This document shows, in pieces, positions 1-8,276 of a stretch of 64,000 nucleotides of DNA. Source of the stretch: a bacterium (GTDB lineage Bacteria > Patescibacteriota > Saccharimonadia > Saccharimonadales > AWTP1-31). The position numbers were made by a program, and so were the translations under genes. Position 1 is the first letter of the stretch. The number at the start of each line of letters is the position of its first letter. The stretch spans positions 94,583 through 158,582 of the forward strand of contig JAUHZB010000001.1 in the NCBI GenBank assembly GCA_030426125.1, given 5' to 3'. The notes beneath the pieces are model-generated. The model had not been told where the DNA came from. It worked only from the letters and a program-made list of their open reading frames with translations, and searched no databases.

Positions 1-276
1 TGTTTTCCACAGCCTAATTAACAACATCGTGATTTTATGTAGCAATATGCTCAAACAGGAGTCGACTTATACACATACAACATTAACTCCTCTCAATCTG
101 TGGAAAGTACTTGATTGTTGGTGGATAACTTGCTAGTATTAGTGGGTTAAATATTGTTAATTTCACCTTTATGAGAATTCAAAAATATATTTTGTAGTAA
201 GGGTGATCTGCTAGAAAAAATAAGCACTTATAACCTAAGTTTTGATTTAGCAGTAATTAAAGATAAAGTATTAGAT
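1..276. other. Putative oriC segment: DnaA-box-like cluster plus AT-rich stretch upstream of rpmH
   Basis: Four 9-mers lie close to TTATCCACA/TGTGGATAA: TTTTCCACA 3-11, TTATACACA 67-75, TGTGGAAAG 99-107 (2 mismatches) and GGTGGATAA 120-128. An AT-rich tract follows at 130-276. The region adjoins the rpmH-rnpA-yidC-jag cluster that classically flanks dnaA/oriC. It is probably truncated by the window start. Confidence 0.45.
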
Positions 277-414
277 ATGCCAAAAAGAACTTATCAACCA
301 AAAAAACGACATCGTTCCCGTGTTCACGGCTTTATGAAGCGGATGGCTTCAAAGGCTGGCCGGAATGTACTTCGCTCACGCCGTAATAAGGGTCGAGCTC
401 GTCTTTCGCACTAA
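277..414 (+). CDS. rpmH: 50S ribosomal protein bL34
   Basis: I read a 45-aa ORF directly from the sequence; it is below the ORF-track length cut-off. [45 protein letters not shown] is near-consensus L34. TAA stop at 412-414. Confidence 0.95.
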   Translation: MPKRTYQPKKRHRSRVHGFMKRMASKAGRNVLRSRRNKGRARLSH

Positions 415-438
415 AAGCAAGTAATAACCTTAAGCTGA

Positions 439-468
439 TTGACAACTGTTATAGCTATTGAGTACTAT
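439..468 (+). promoter_or_regulatory. Sigma70-like promoter candidate for the 498-2825 surface protein
   Basis: TTGACA (439-444), an 18-nt spacer, then TACTAT (463-468), about 30 nt upstream of the GTG start. Confidence 0.4.
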
Positions 469-497
469 GGTTATGTAATAACTATAGGTAGTTTTCG

Positions 498-2825
498 GTG
501 CACCTAATTAAACAGAAATCAGAGAAAAGACAGAACATCTTAAGGGGGGTTGTATACACCCCTTTAAGTGTGTTTGTGGCCACCTTCCTCTTTCTACTAC
601 TTTCCTCCACTCCAGCCCACGCAGCCCCAGCTACCTTTACAGTAACTAATACCAATGACTCAGGAGCTGGTAGTCTAAGGCAAGCCATAAATGACGCCAA
701 TGCCAATGATAATGATGCCGATTTAGACACTATCGAGTTCGATATACCCGGTAGCGAGGTGCATACCATAGTACTAGGTTCTTCATTGCCGACAATTACC
801 GAGCAGGTTGTTATTGACGGCTATACGCAGTCAGGAGCCCAAGAAAACACAGCTATAGCACCAGAACCACTAAATGGAACAATCAAGATAGAGTTAGACT
901 TCAGTGCCGTTAGTGATGATGGTATAGAGTTTCAAGCGGATAACTCAATAATAAAAGGGTTAGCTATGTTCTCCACTACAGATTCGGAGCGGGTAGTAAG
1001 CGTTAATGCGAATAACGTAGAATTTACTGGTAATTATGGAAACCTACGTGCTGATGGAATGACTATGGTGGATAATCAGAATGAAGATCAGTCTAATCTT
1101 GTCACTTTTGGCAGTGCCTATAGTGGTTTTCAGTTTGGGGGGCTATTGCCCGAAGAGAGGAATGTTATTGCGGTTACAGTCGGTTCGTTGACTAGTGGCG
1201 CGATATCTATTAATGGCAGTAGTGTAACGGTTCAAGGAAACTATATAGGGTTAGCAAAAGACGGCCTAACAGATATTGGTGGAGGTGTTATTGGCGATGT
1301 GTTACAGGGTGCAAATGGGTTGAGTATAGGTAGTGGTTCCGGTGTCGTCATTGGTGGTACAGATGAAGGGGCAATTAATGTAATTTCAGGATCATCAATA
1401 GTCCAATTAAATGCTGGTACTGGTGGGTCTGTCATCCAAGGTAATTACATCGGCACAGACTATAAGGGTGAAGCAAATGAGGGCATAGACAATGGTGTTG
1501 GCATATCTAACGCATCAGGTAATTTAATTGGAGGAGCTGGTGCTGGGGAGGGCAATTTGTTCGCAGGCTTGTCGGGTTCTGCAGTAACAATCAACTCAGT
1601 ATATATTCAGCAATTTGATTTTAGTAATGTTCCTCAAAATGTAGCTATACTAGGTAATTCAATTAAGGACGTTGAGGTATTAGATTATGCCAATTTCGGC
1701 ACCTCCAATCTAGCTATAGACCTATTCCGTCAGGAGAATACAGACGATGTATTTGCTGGAACCTTTGACTTTTTCGATCGTGGCCCCACCCCCAACGACG
1801 TAGGTGATGGTGATGACGGCCCTAATGGCTTTATTAATACCCCAGTACTCAAATCTGCACAACAAGTTGGCAATCAACTAACCATCACCTATGACCTTGA
1901 CGCAGCTGACTCACCTAGTGATGAATACAGAATAGAGTTCTTTGCCAATGACGAGAGTAGTATCTTTGGCTATGGTCCTGGTGAAACCTTCCTAGGTTCT
2001 GACACTGTCTCTCCTGGTACAGACATAGAAACAGTACTGACTGTCAGTGGAGACCAAACTAACAAAGCTTTGTCTAGCACTACCACTGCAGTTGACGGAG
2101 ATACTGACTCTGGCTTTGGCTCCACCAGTGAGTTCTCTCGCAACATCTCCATTGGTAGTTCTTCAGACTTTGACAGTGATGGAGCTAGCACTGCCATGGA
2201 GAACTCTGCACCAAACTCTGGAGACGGTAACAATGACGGTATCCTAGATAGTATCCAACCTACAGTAACTTCCTTTGAGATAGATAGTACTGGAGTATAC
2301 GCTACTCTAGTTACTACCGGATGTTCTGAGAACGGTACTGTCTCTAGCGTTGACGTGTCTACACTAAACAAAACCGACAATGGCTATGACTATCCATATG
2401 GCCTTACAGACTTTAGTCTAAACTGCAGTCGTGGAGACACAGTCAACGTAGAGCTATACATCCATACAGTAGATAACCCAGATCAGTACATACCTAGGAA
2501 GTATAACCCTACTACTGAAACCTTCACTGACATTCCAGACTCTACCCTAACCACAGCAACCCTAGGAGACTCTACAGCCCTAAAACTAAGCTACTCTGTG
2601 ACTGATGGAGGAGAATTAGATGATGACGGAGAAGAAAACGGTATTATTGTAGACCCTGTAGGACTAGCTACAGAAAGTAGTACCACCATAAACCTAGCTG
2701 ACAGTAATGATGGTAGTTTGGCGGAGACGGGAGATAGCATTAACTACATAGCGATTATTGTAATTGTATTTTCAGTTTCAATGATAAGCAGACAATTACA
2801 AGAAAAGGGTAATTATAAAGAATAA
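498..2825 (+). CDS. Secreted, wall-anchored parallel beta-helix surface protein (GSLRQAI/CSLREA-type N-terminus, Ca-binding D-rich repeat, choice-of-anchor-like C-terminal domain, LAETG sorting signal)
   Basis: Signal peptide ending in AHA followed by APATFTVTN. The N-terminal module reads TNDSGAGSLRQAINDANANDNDADLDTIEFDIPG. G/N/I-rich beta-helix rungs are present (VIQGNYIG, VTVQGNYIG). An FDSDGAS...GDGNNDGILD segment resembles a thrombospondin-type-3 repeat. VTDGGELDDDGEENGIIVDPVG follows. The C-terminus has LAETG (2718-2732), a hydrophobic span and a basic tail. Confidence 0.85.
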   Translation: MHLIKQKSEKRQNILRGVVYTPLSVFVATFLFLLLSSTPAHAAPATFTVTNTNDSGAGSLRQAINDANANDNDADLDTIEFDIPGSEVHTIVLGSSLPTITEQVVIDGYTQSGAQENTAIAPEPLNGTIKIELDFSAVSDDGIEFQADNSIIKGLAMFSTTDSERVVSVNANNVEFTGNYGNLRADGMTMVDNQNEDQSNLVTFGSAYSGFQFGGLLPEERNVIAVTVGSLTSGAISINGSSVTVQGNYIGLAKDGLTDIGGGVIGDVLQGANGLSIGSGSGVVIGGTDEGAINVISGSSIVQLNAGTGGSVIQGNYIGTDYKGEANEGIDNGVGISNASGNLIGGAGAGEGNLFAGLSGSAVTINSVYIQQFDFSNVPQNVAILGNSIKDVEVLDYANFGTSNLAIDLFRQENTDDVFAGTFDFFDRGPTPNDVGDGDDGPNGFINTPVLKSAQQVGNQLTITYDLDAADSPSDEYRIEFFANDESSIFGYGPGETFLGSDTVSPGTDIETVLTVSGDQTNKALSSTTTAVDGDTDSGFGSTSEFSRNISIGSSSDFDSDGASTAMENSAPNSGDGNNDGILDSIQPTVTSFEIDSTGVYATLVTTGCSENGTVSSVDVSTLNKTDNGYDYPYGLTDFSLNCSRGDTVNVELYIHTVDNPDQYIPRKYNPTTETFTDIPDSTLTTATLGDSTALKLSYSVTDGGELDDDGEENGIIVDPVGLATESSTTINLADSNDGSLAETGDSINYIAIIVIVFSVSMISRQLQEKGNYKE

Positions 2826-2854
2826 TTGACAAAAAAGCATAAACGTGATAGCAT
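2826..2854 (+). promoter_or_regulatory. Sigma70-like promoter candidate for 2925-3326
   Basis: TTGACA (2826-2831), a 17-nt spacer, then TAGCAT (2849-2854). The spacer contains the recurrent 10-mer AAGCATAAAC (2835-2844). Confidence 0.4.
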
Positions 2855-2924
2855 TATTTCCAAGACTGATAAACAAAAAATATTAAACAAAATATATAAA
2901 TATCAATAAAAAGGAAAAAGAAAA

Positions 2925-3326
2925 ATGTCACAAACTGTAGATGTAGAAACAAAAGAAGGACCAAGTACGTTTGAACTAGCGCCACAAACAAATGAAGGAC
3001 GGCGAAAAGGAGATATAGCAGGTAAAGCAACTAGCTTAGCTGTTGAACAAGTTCCAATCGGAACAGATGAAGATTTTAGAAAATTTATCGCCAAAGGCGA
3101 AAAAAATGACAACGAGGTAAAACCTAGAGGTCAAACTGATGCGGCTATTCATAACGCCGGAAATGATGAGCTAGCAATCGGTCGTTATCCATCGCCAGAT
3201 AAGGATCTTGATGAGAACTACATACCTGAAGAAACTGCCCGACAAGAAGCACTAGCTACTAAACAGCAAGGAGAAGCGCTCGCTGACTTAGCTGCCTATG
3301 AGGCTAATCCTGATCCAAATAAGTAA
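2925..3326 (+). CDS. Acidic, probably disordered hypothetical protein (133 aa), no signal peptide
   Basis: ORF with an A/G-rich leader (aaaaggaaaaag) upstream. E/D/K/A-rich, with no motif I recognise. It lies between rpmH and rnpA. Confidence 0.55.
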   Translation: MSQTVDVETKEGPSTFELAPQTNEGRRKGDIAGKATSLAVEQVPIGTDEDFRKFIAKGEKNDNEVKPRGQTDAAIHNAGNDELAIGRYPSPDKDLDENYIPEETARQEALATKQQGEALADLAAYEANPDPNK

Positions 3327-3333
3327 ACAGCAT

Positions 3334-3390
3334 AGGGCTAAGAACTACAGTCGGTGTTTGTTTAATAATTGTCTAAAGTAGTTCAGCCCT
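3334..3390 (+). terminator. Large-loop hairpin between the orphan ORF and rnpA (terminator or attenuator candidate)
   Basis: AGGGCTAAGAACTAC (3334-3348) pairs with GTAGTTCAGCCCT (3378-3390) with one bulge and a 29-nt loop. A T-rich TTATTATTATCTT follows. Confidence 0.3.
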
Positions 3391-3403
3391 TTATTATTAT
3401 CTT

Positions 3404-3766
3404 ATGATAGGTCAAAAGAACCGCTTTCATGGCCATAATAGCTTGAGTTATGTATATAGCAAAGGTCGGACCCTTAGGGGGTCCGGTTTTGCTGTTAAGT
3501 ACGCCAATAATCCGAGGCGAAAAACTTATCGCTGTGCGGTGGTAGTTAGTAAGAAGGTGAGTAAATCGGCGGTTACTAGGAACCGGATTAGACGAAGAGT
3601 TTATGAAATAGTTCGTGATGTGGAGGATCAGCTTGTAGGGTCACCAGATATTGTGGTGACTGTGTATGCTGAGAATATTGCAACCATTGGATTTGAGGAG
3701 TTAAAAAAGAGCTTTTTGCAGGTTATGCTCCAATCTGAAATGCTCGGAAAAAGAGAGGGAGCTTAA
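3404..3766 (+). CDS. rnpA: Ribonuclease P protein component
   Basis: Its position after rpmH fits the classic arrangement. The basic RNR motif region reads VVSKKVSKSAVTRNRIRRRVYEIVR, and the 120-aa size is typical. Confidence 0.9.
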   Translation: MIGQKNRFHGHNSLSYVYSKGRTLRGSGFAVKYANNPRRKTYRCAVVVSKKVSKSAVTRNRIRRRVYEIVRDVEDQLVGSPDIVVTVYAENIATIGFEELKKSFLQVMLQSEMLGKREGA

Positions 3767-4222
3767 ATGGCTAAAGATAGATTTAAAATTATACCGGCGG
3801 TTTACTTGTTGCTTAGAAAAGATGACCAGGTGCTACTGTTAAGACGCTATAATACTGGCTATCAGGATGGGAAGTATGGTTTAGTAGCTGGACACCTTGA
3901 TGGCGATGAGTTAGCTCGAGATGCGATGGTTAGAGAAGCCAAAGAGGAGGCCTGGATCACTGTTAATGCTGATGACTTAGATTTCGTGCATGTTGTGCAT
4001 CGACTTAGTAGAGGTGAGTCGGGTCAGGAAAGAGTCGATCTATTCTATGAAGCCAGCAAATGGCAGGGCGAAATAACAAATATGGAACCACACAAGTGTG
4101 ATGATTTATCCTGGTTTCCGATAAATGATTTACCGGATAATATTTTGCCATTGGTAGGAAGAGTAATTAAAGACATTTCCAAAGGCATCAATTACTCGGA
4201 GTACACTGAAGAGCCAGTGTAA
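3767..4222 (+). CDS. NUDIX hydrolase
   Basis: Perfect Nudix box GX5EX7REXXEEXG in GHLDGDELARDAMVREAKEEAWI. The ATG immediately follows the rnpA stop, with no intergenic nucleotide. Confidence 0.85.
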   Translation: MAKDRFKIIPAVYLLLRKDDQVLLLRRYNTGYQDGKYGLVAGHLDGDELARDAMVREAKEEAWITVNADDLDFVHVVHRLSRGESGQERVDLFYEASKWQGEITNMEPHKCDDLSWFPINDLPDNILPLVGRVIKDISKGINYSEYTEEPV

Positions 4223-4372
4223 AAATACTTCCGGCTGGTTTATGCAAATTAATTACTAGTGATACTGCTGGCGTGTTAGAATGGAGGCTAGACACTAAAT
4301 ATTTTGTCTTGGTTGATTATCTTCATGCTAACCTATGATTTGATCAACTACACCTAAGAAGAAGGAGAACCG

Positions 4373-5353
4373 ATGTTTACAACCCTTATAGTTCAGCCCA
4401 TTTTTAACCTACTAGTTCTTATTTATGCCCTAATTCCAGGCCATAACTTTGGACTAAGTATTATATTATTTACCATTTTAGTTCGCTTGCTAATGTGGCC
4501 GTTAGTTAAGAAGCAGCTGCATCAAGCTAAAGCGATGCGTGAGTTACAGCCTGAACTAAAACGCATTAAAAAAGCCGCTGCTGGCAATCGTCAGAAAGAA
4601 TCAATGCTGATGATGGAGCTGTATAAGGAAAGGGAGATTAATCCTTTCGGAAGTATTGGCCTATTGATCGTTCAAATACCAATATTCATTGGTTTATATA
4701 GCGGATTAAATAGGATAGTTAATGACCCTAATGAAATAGTAAGCTTTTCCTATTCTTTCATAGCTAACTTGCCGTGGATTCAAACACTAGCTAGTGATAT
4801 ATCTCAGCTAGACAGCACTCTATTTGGTCTAGTTGATTTAACTAAAGCAGCATTGCCTTCTGGTGGTGGCATCTACTGGCCGGCCATGATAATCGTGGCT
4901 GCTAGTGCCATAGTTCAGTTTTTCCAAGCTAAACAGCTTATGCCTCAGAAAGATAAGAAGAAAAGCCTAAGACAAATCTTAGGTGATGCCAATAAAGGCA
5001 AGCAAGCTGATTCTAGCGAGATAAGCGCGGCGGTTGGTAGTAGCACCCAGTACATCCTACCTTTCTTTATCTTCATCGTTACCGTAAACATCGCTTCAGC
5101 CTTATCCTTGTACTGGTTAACAAGTGGTATTGTAGCTTTTATTCAGCAAGCTAGAGTACTAGGCCAAGATAAAGATGAAATGGCTACTACAACGGCAACC
5201 ACTAGTTCTAATTCGACCAGTAAATCCAAAGGCAAGGGTGGTAAAGAAGTTATTGAGGCGGAGATAATTCCACCTAAGGAAAAGAAAGCTAATAAGTCAA
5301 ATAAGAAAAACAAATCCAAGAAAAACTCTACTCGTAAAAAAAGAAGGAGTTAA
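4373..5353 (+). CDS. yidC: Membrane protein insertase YidC (short, Gram-positive-like form with Lys-rich C-terminal tail)
   Basis: AAGGAG RBS upstream. Multi-TM protein with LMWPLVKKQ, LQPELKRIKK and KELYKEREINPF motifs typical of the YidC/Oxa1 core. The tail is highly basic (KKANKSNKKNKSKKNSTRKKRRS). Confidence 0.9.
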   Translation: MFTTLIVQPIFNLLVLIYALIPGHNFGLSIILFTILVRLLMWPLVKKQLHQAKAMRELQPELKRIKKAAAGNRQKESMLMMELYKEREINPFGSIGLLIVQIPIFIGLYSGLNRIVNDPNEIVSFSYSFIANLPWIQTLASDISQLDSTLFGLVDLTKAALPSGGGIYWPAMIIVAASAIVQFFQAKQLMPQKDKKKSLRQILGDANKGKQADSSEISAAVGSSTQYILPFFIFIVTVNIASALSLYWLTSGIVAFIQQARVLGQDKDEMATTTATTSSNSTSKSKGKGGKEVIEAEIIPPKEKKANKSNKKNKSKKNSTRKKRRS

Positions 5354-5355
5354 TT

Positions 5356-5859
5356 ATGGAAGAATCAATTACATATGCCAAGAAATATCTAGAGGATATT
5401 TTATCTTTCTTCGGTCTGAATACCGATGTATATGCTACTAATAGCGATGATGAGGTTATAGAGCTTAATGTACCTTCAACCCATATGAACGGATTTTTAA
5501 TAGGTCATAACGGCGAAACCTTACGAGCCTTTCAGTATATGGTGTCAACCGCTTTAAAGAATAACGACTATGAAATTACCAGAGTTAACGTCGATATTGC
5601 AGACTACAAAAAGGCCAGAGCTGATCGTCTAGCTGAGGCGGCAACCGACTGGGTAAAAGAAGTCAAGGAAAAAGGAAAAGAAAAACACCTAGATCCGATG
5701 AATCCAGCAGATAGGCGGACTGTTCATAAGGTAGCTAGTGAGTATGGACTAGAGACCGAATCTATTGGTTATGGTCGAGAGCGCCATATAGTACTGAAGC
5801 CAAGTTTTGATGACCCGAAAAAAGAAGAAGAAAAACAGGAACAGGACGAAGCAAAATAA
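5356..5859 (+). CDS. jag: Jag/KhpB-type RNA-binding protein (KH + R3H)
   Basis: It follows yidC as in the canonical cluster. The R3H region reads MNPADRRTVHKVASEYGLETESIGYGRERHIVL. Confidence 0.85.
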   Translation: MEESITYAKKYLEDILSFFGLNTDVYATNSDDEVIELNVPSTHMNGFLIGHNGETLRAFQYMVSTALKNNDYEITRVNVDIADYKKARADRLAEAATDWVKEVKEKGKEKHLDPMNPADRRTVHKVASEYGLETESIGYGRERHIVLKPSFDDPKKEEEKQEQDEAK

Positions 5860-5860
5860 T

Positions 5861-5876
5861 AGCTACTTTAGTAGCT
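5861..5876. terminator. Short hairpin between convergent jag and the GT4 gene
   Basis: AGCTAC-TTTA-GTAGCT, a 6-bp stem with a 4-nt loop, overlapping the stop of the minus-strand gene. The stem is weak and AT-rich. Confidence 0.2.
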
Positions 5877-6954
5877 GATTATATATCTCTAGGGTTTCTT
5901 TTGCAGTTTTCTGCCAAGAGTATTTAGATAGTTGTTTATGACCGTTTTCTATTAGCTGTTTTCGGTACTCTTTATCGTTTAATACCCGTTCAATTTTTAG
6001 CGCTATATCTTCCGGGTCTCTAGGGTTAAAGTATAGTGCTGCATCACCATAAATTTCTGGTAGGCAGCTAGCGTTGCTACTAATCACTGGCGCGCTGTGA
6101 GCCATGGCTTCAAGGCCTGGCAAACCAAAACCTTCACTGAGACTAGGGAAAACATAGGCCAGAGCTTTTGAATATAGCCAGTTTAGTTCATGGTCGCTTA
6201 CAAAACCAGTGAAATGGATATTTAGAATATTTCGTTTAGCAACATAGTCTTTTAGCTCTTGGTAGTTTCTGTCTCCACCAACTAACACTAGATTCAATTT
6301 TGGGTGATCTAGCTGAAGAAGTCGAAAACTTTCTACCAAGTTTCGAAGGTTTTTGTGAACTGCAGCTCTACCGACGTAGATAATATATTTTTTATTTTGC
6401 ATTGGCCTGTATATCGTCTTTTTGGAGCTAGCCTTAATTCCGGCCTCATACGTAACAGTTGTTTTATTTTTCGCTTTTCTGGTTAGCTTAATAAGATCTG
6501 TTTTTACAAATTTAGATGGTGTTAATATTTTCTTAGAGCTAAGAATCGCCATTTTGACCATTATCCAGTACAGGTTTTTCTTGAATTGGTAGCTGAAACT
6601 ATTTAATCCTCGGCTTTTAAAACGCAGTGGAGTCAAATCGTGAATGGTAGTAACTTTATTGCCAAAGTATAGAAGTGGTTGCTGAACAAAACTGAAGTGG
6701 ACTAGGTCGGGCTTTAATTTTTTTAATAAACCTAGTAATTGGAATTGTTCCGCGTAGCTAAACTGTGCAAATGGAGCTAGTACTTTTTGGAAGTTTTGAT
6801 TACTTGGTTGGTAGCTGTCAAAATCTTTTTCACTCAGCAGTATAGAATAGCGATTTTCTTTATCTAATTCTTCTAGTTTTACTAATAGCTCACGAATATA
6901 TCGACCGGAAGTAGTTGAATATTGTCGGGCATCTATAACGATATGGCGCATCAT
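5863..6954 (-). CDS. Glycosyltransferase, GT4/GT-B family
   Basis: C-terminal EX7E region: PSLSEGFGLPGLEAMAHSAPVISSNASCLPEIYGDAALYF. Confidence 0.85.
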   Translation of the reverse strand: MMRHIVIDARQYSTTSGRYIRELLVKLEELDKENRYSILLSEKDFDSYQPSNQNFQKVLAPFAQFSYAEQFQLLGLLKKLKPDLVHFSFVQQPLLYFGNKVTTIHDLTPLRFKSRGLNSFSYQFKKNLYWIMVKMAILSSKKILTPSKFVKTDLIKLTRKAKNKTTVTYEAGIKASSKKTIYRPMQNKKYIIYVGRAAVHKNLRNLVESFRLLQLDHPKLNLVLVGGDRNYQELKDYVAKRNILNIHFTGFVSDHELNWLYSKALAYVFPSLSEGFGLPGLEAMAHSAPVISSNASCLPEIYGDAALYFNPRDPEDIALKIERVLNDKEYRKQLIENGHKQLSKYSWQKTAKETLEIYNQLLK

Positions 6955-6970
6955 ACCCTATAATTATAAA

Positions 6971-8257
6971 GTGACATTGATAAGAAAACTAATATTTACT
7001 CTGAGTTTAATCTTACTGGTTCTTCTGCCGTTCCAGACATTGTTTACGGTTTGGCTGGCTAGTAATTTCAGCTACCTGTATTTTTGGAGCGCCTGGAAAG
7101 AAGTTCTTGTCGCTATAATTGGAGTGCTAAGTGTAATACTGTTGGTGCTAGACAAGAGCCTACGAACGCGTTTCTTTGCTAAGGTATACAACCAAATTGC
7201 CGTAGCTTACTTGGTGCTCGGATTAGTTTATTTGGTAGTGCAGGCTTTTTCGCTAAACTCATTGATTGGTTTTGCAATAGATTTCCGGTTTATTGTTATT
7301 TTTCTAAGTCTCCAGCTAGTAGAAATACCAAAAGTAAGATTAACAAAAAGTCTCCTTATTATTGGTAGCATCCTTGGAATATTCTCACTTATTCAGATAT
7401 TCGTATTAAATCCAGATTTTCTAACTTTTTTTGGCTATGACGTTGCTGGAGTAAACACTGCGGGTATTCCGCCCGCTAGTCACACTGTAGCTTCCGGCAG
7501 TGAGTTGTATCGAGCCCAGGCAACGCTAAGAGGTCCTAATGAGCTGGGTGCCTACCTTATACTTCCGCTACTTATTGCTGTGTTTGGCTATTTAAAAACA
7601 AAGACCAAGTCGCTTCTAGTGTTAGCTGGAATTTGTTTTATTGGACTACTACTTAGTTACTCCCGTAGTGCATTACTTGGTTTGATCACCGGTATAGTTA
7701 TCTATGCTGCAATTAGTCGAATAAAGTTGCTGAAAAAAATACCAATTTATGCCTATTTGTTTGGGGTAACCCTATTAGTGATAGCAAGTGTACTAACTTG
7801 GAATAGTTCTACTTTTCAGACGGTGGTGCTACATAATAACCCAGATATACAGAAGGTGCAGTCCAACGAAGGTCATCTGCAAATTTCAAAAGAGGCGGCG
7901 CTGGATATCCTCGACCAACCACAAGGCTATGGTTTAGGTGAGGCTGGCCCAAGTTCAGCACTAGATGATCCCGAACAAGCAAAGATATCCGAAAACTTCT
8001 TTCTACAAATCGGTCTTGAGCTAGGAATAATTGGCATGGCCTTATTTATTGCGCTTCATTATTTTGTTTTAGTGGCTCTGCATAAGCTAAGATCTCAGCC
8101 ATTAGGCTATCCAATATTGCTAACATTTATAGCCCTTATACTGACAAACCTACTACTTCACACCTGGGCTGATGAGGCTATTTCAATAACTATTTGGGCT
8201 CTGGTTGCTACCCAACTTTCTTTGGTTGGTGGTCAGAAGAAAAAGGTAGCTAGATAA
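6971..8257 (+). CDS. O-antigen ligase/polymerase-like (Wzy_C family) polytopic membrane protein
   Basis: About 10-12 TM segments. SYSRSALLGL and a periplasmic-loop-type region followed by NFFLQIGLELGIIGMALF are typical of Wzy_C/O-antigen ligase domains. GTG start. Confidence 0.75.
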   Translation: MTLIRKLIFTLSLILLVLLPFQTLFTVWLASNFSYLYFWSAWKEVLVAIIGVLSVILLVLDKSLRTRFFAKVYNQIAVAYLVLGLVYLVVQAFSLNSLIGFAIDFRFIVIFLSLQLVEIPKVRLTKSLLIIGSILGIFSLIQIFVLNPDFLTFFGYDVAGVNTAGIPPASHTVASGSELYRAQATLRGPNELGAYLILPLLIAVFGYLKTKTKSLLVLAGICFIGLLLSYSRSALLGLITGIVIYAAISRIKLLKKIPIYAYLFGVTLLVIASVLTWNSSTFQTVVLHNNPDIQKVQSNEGHLQISKEAALDILDQPQGYGLGEAGPSSALDDPEQAKISENFFLQIGLELGIIGMALFIALHYFVLVALHKLRSQPLGYPILLTFIALILTNLLLHTWADEAISITIWALVATQLSLVGGQKKKVAR

Positions 8258-8276
8258 ACTAATAAAAAGAAAACGC

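Noticed and set aside
1970-2380. Antisense or alternate-frame ORFs inside the surface-protein genes (482-769, 1241-1435, 1970-2380, 2047-2247, 53798-53983, 54226-54441, 58460-58807, 58817-59116, 60484-60684, 61135-61329).
   Set aside because: These are shadow ORFs on the opposite strand or an alternate frame of long, motif-rich genes. Their products are low-complexity (P/S/V/T-rich) with no RBS or motifs. This is typical of G/N/T-rich repeat coding regions.
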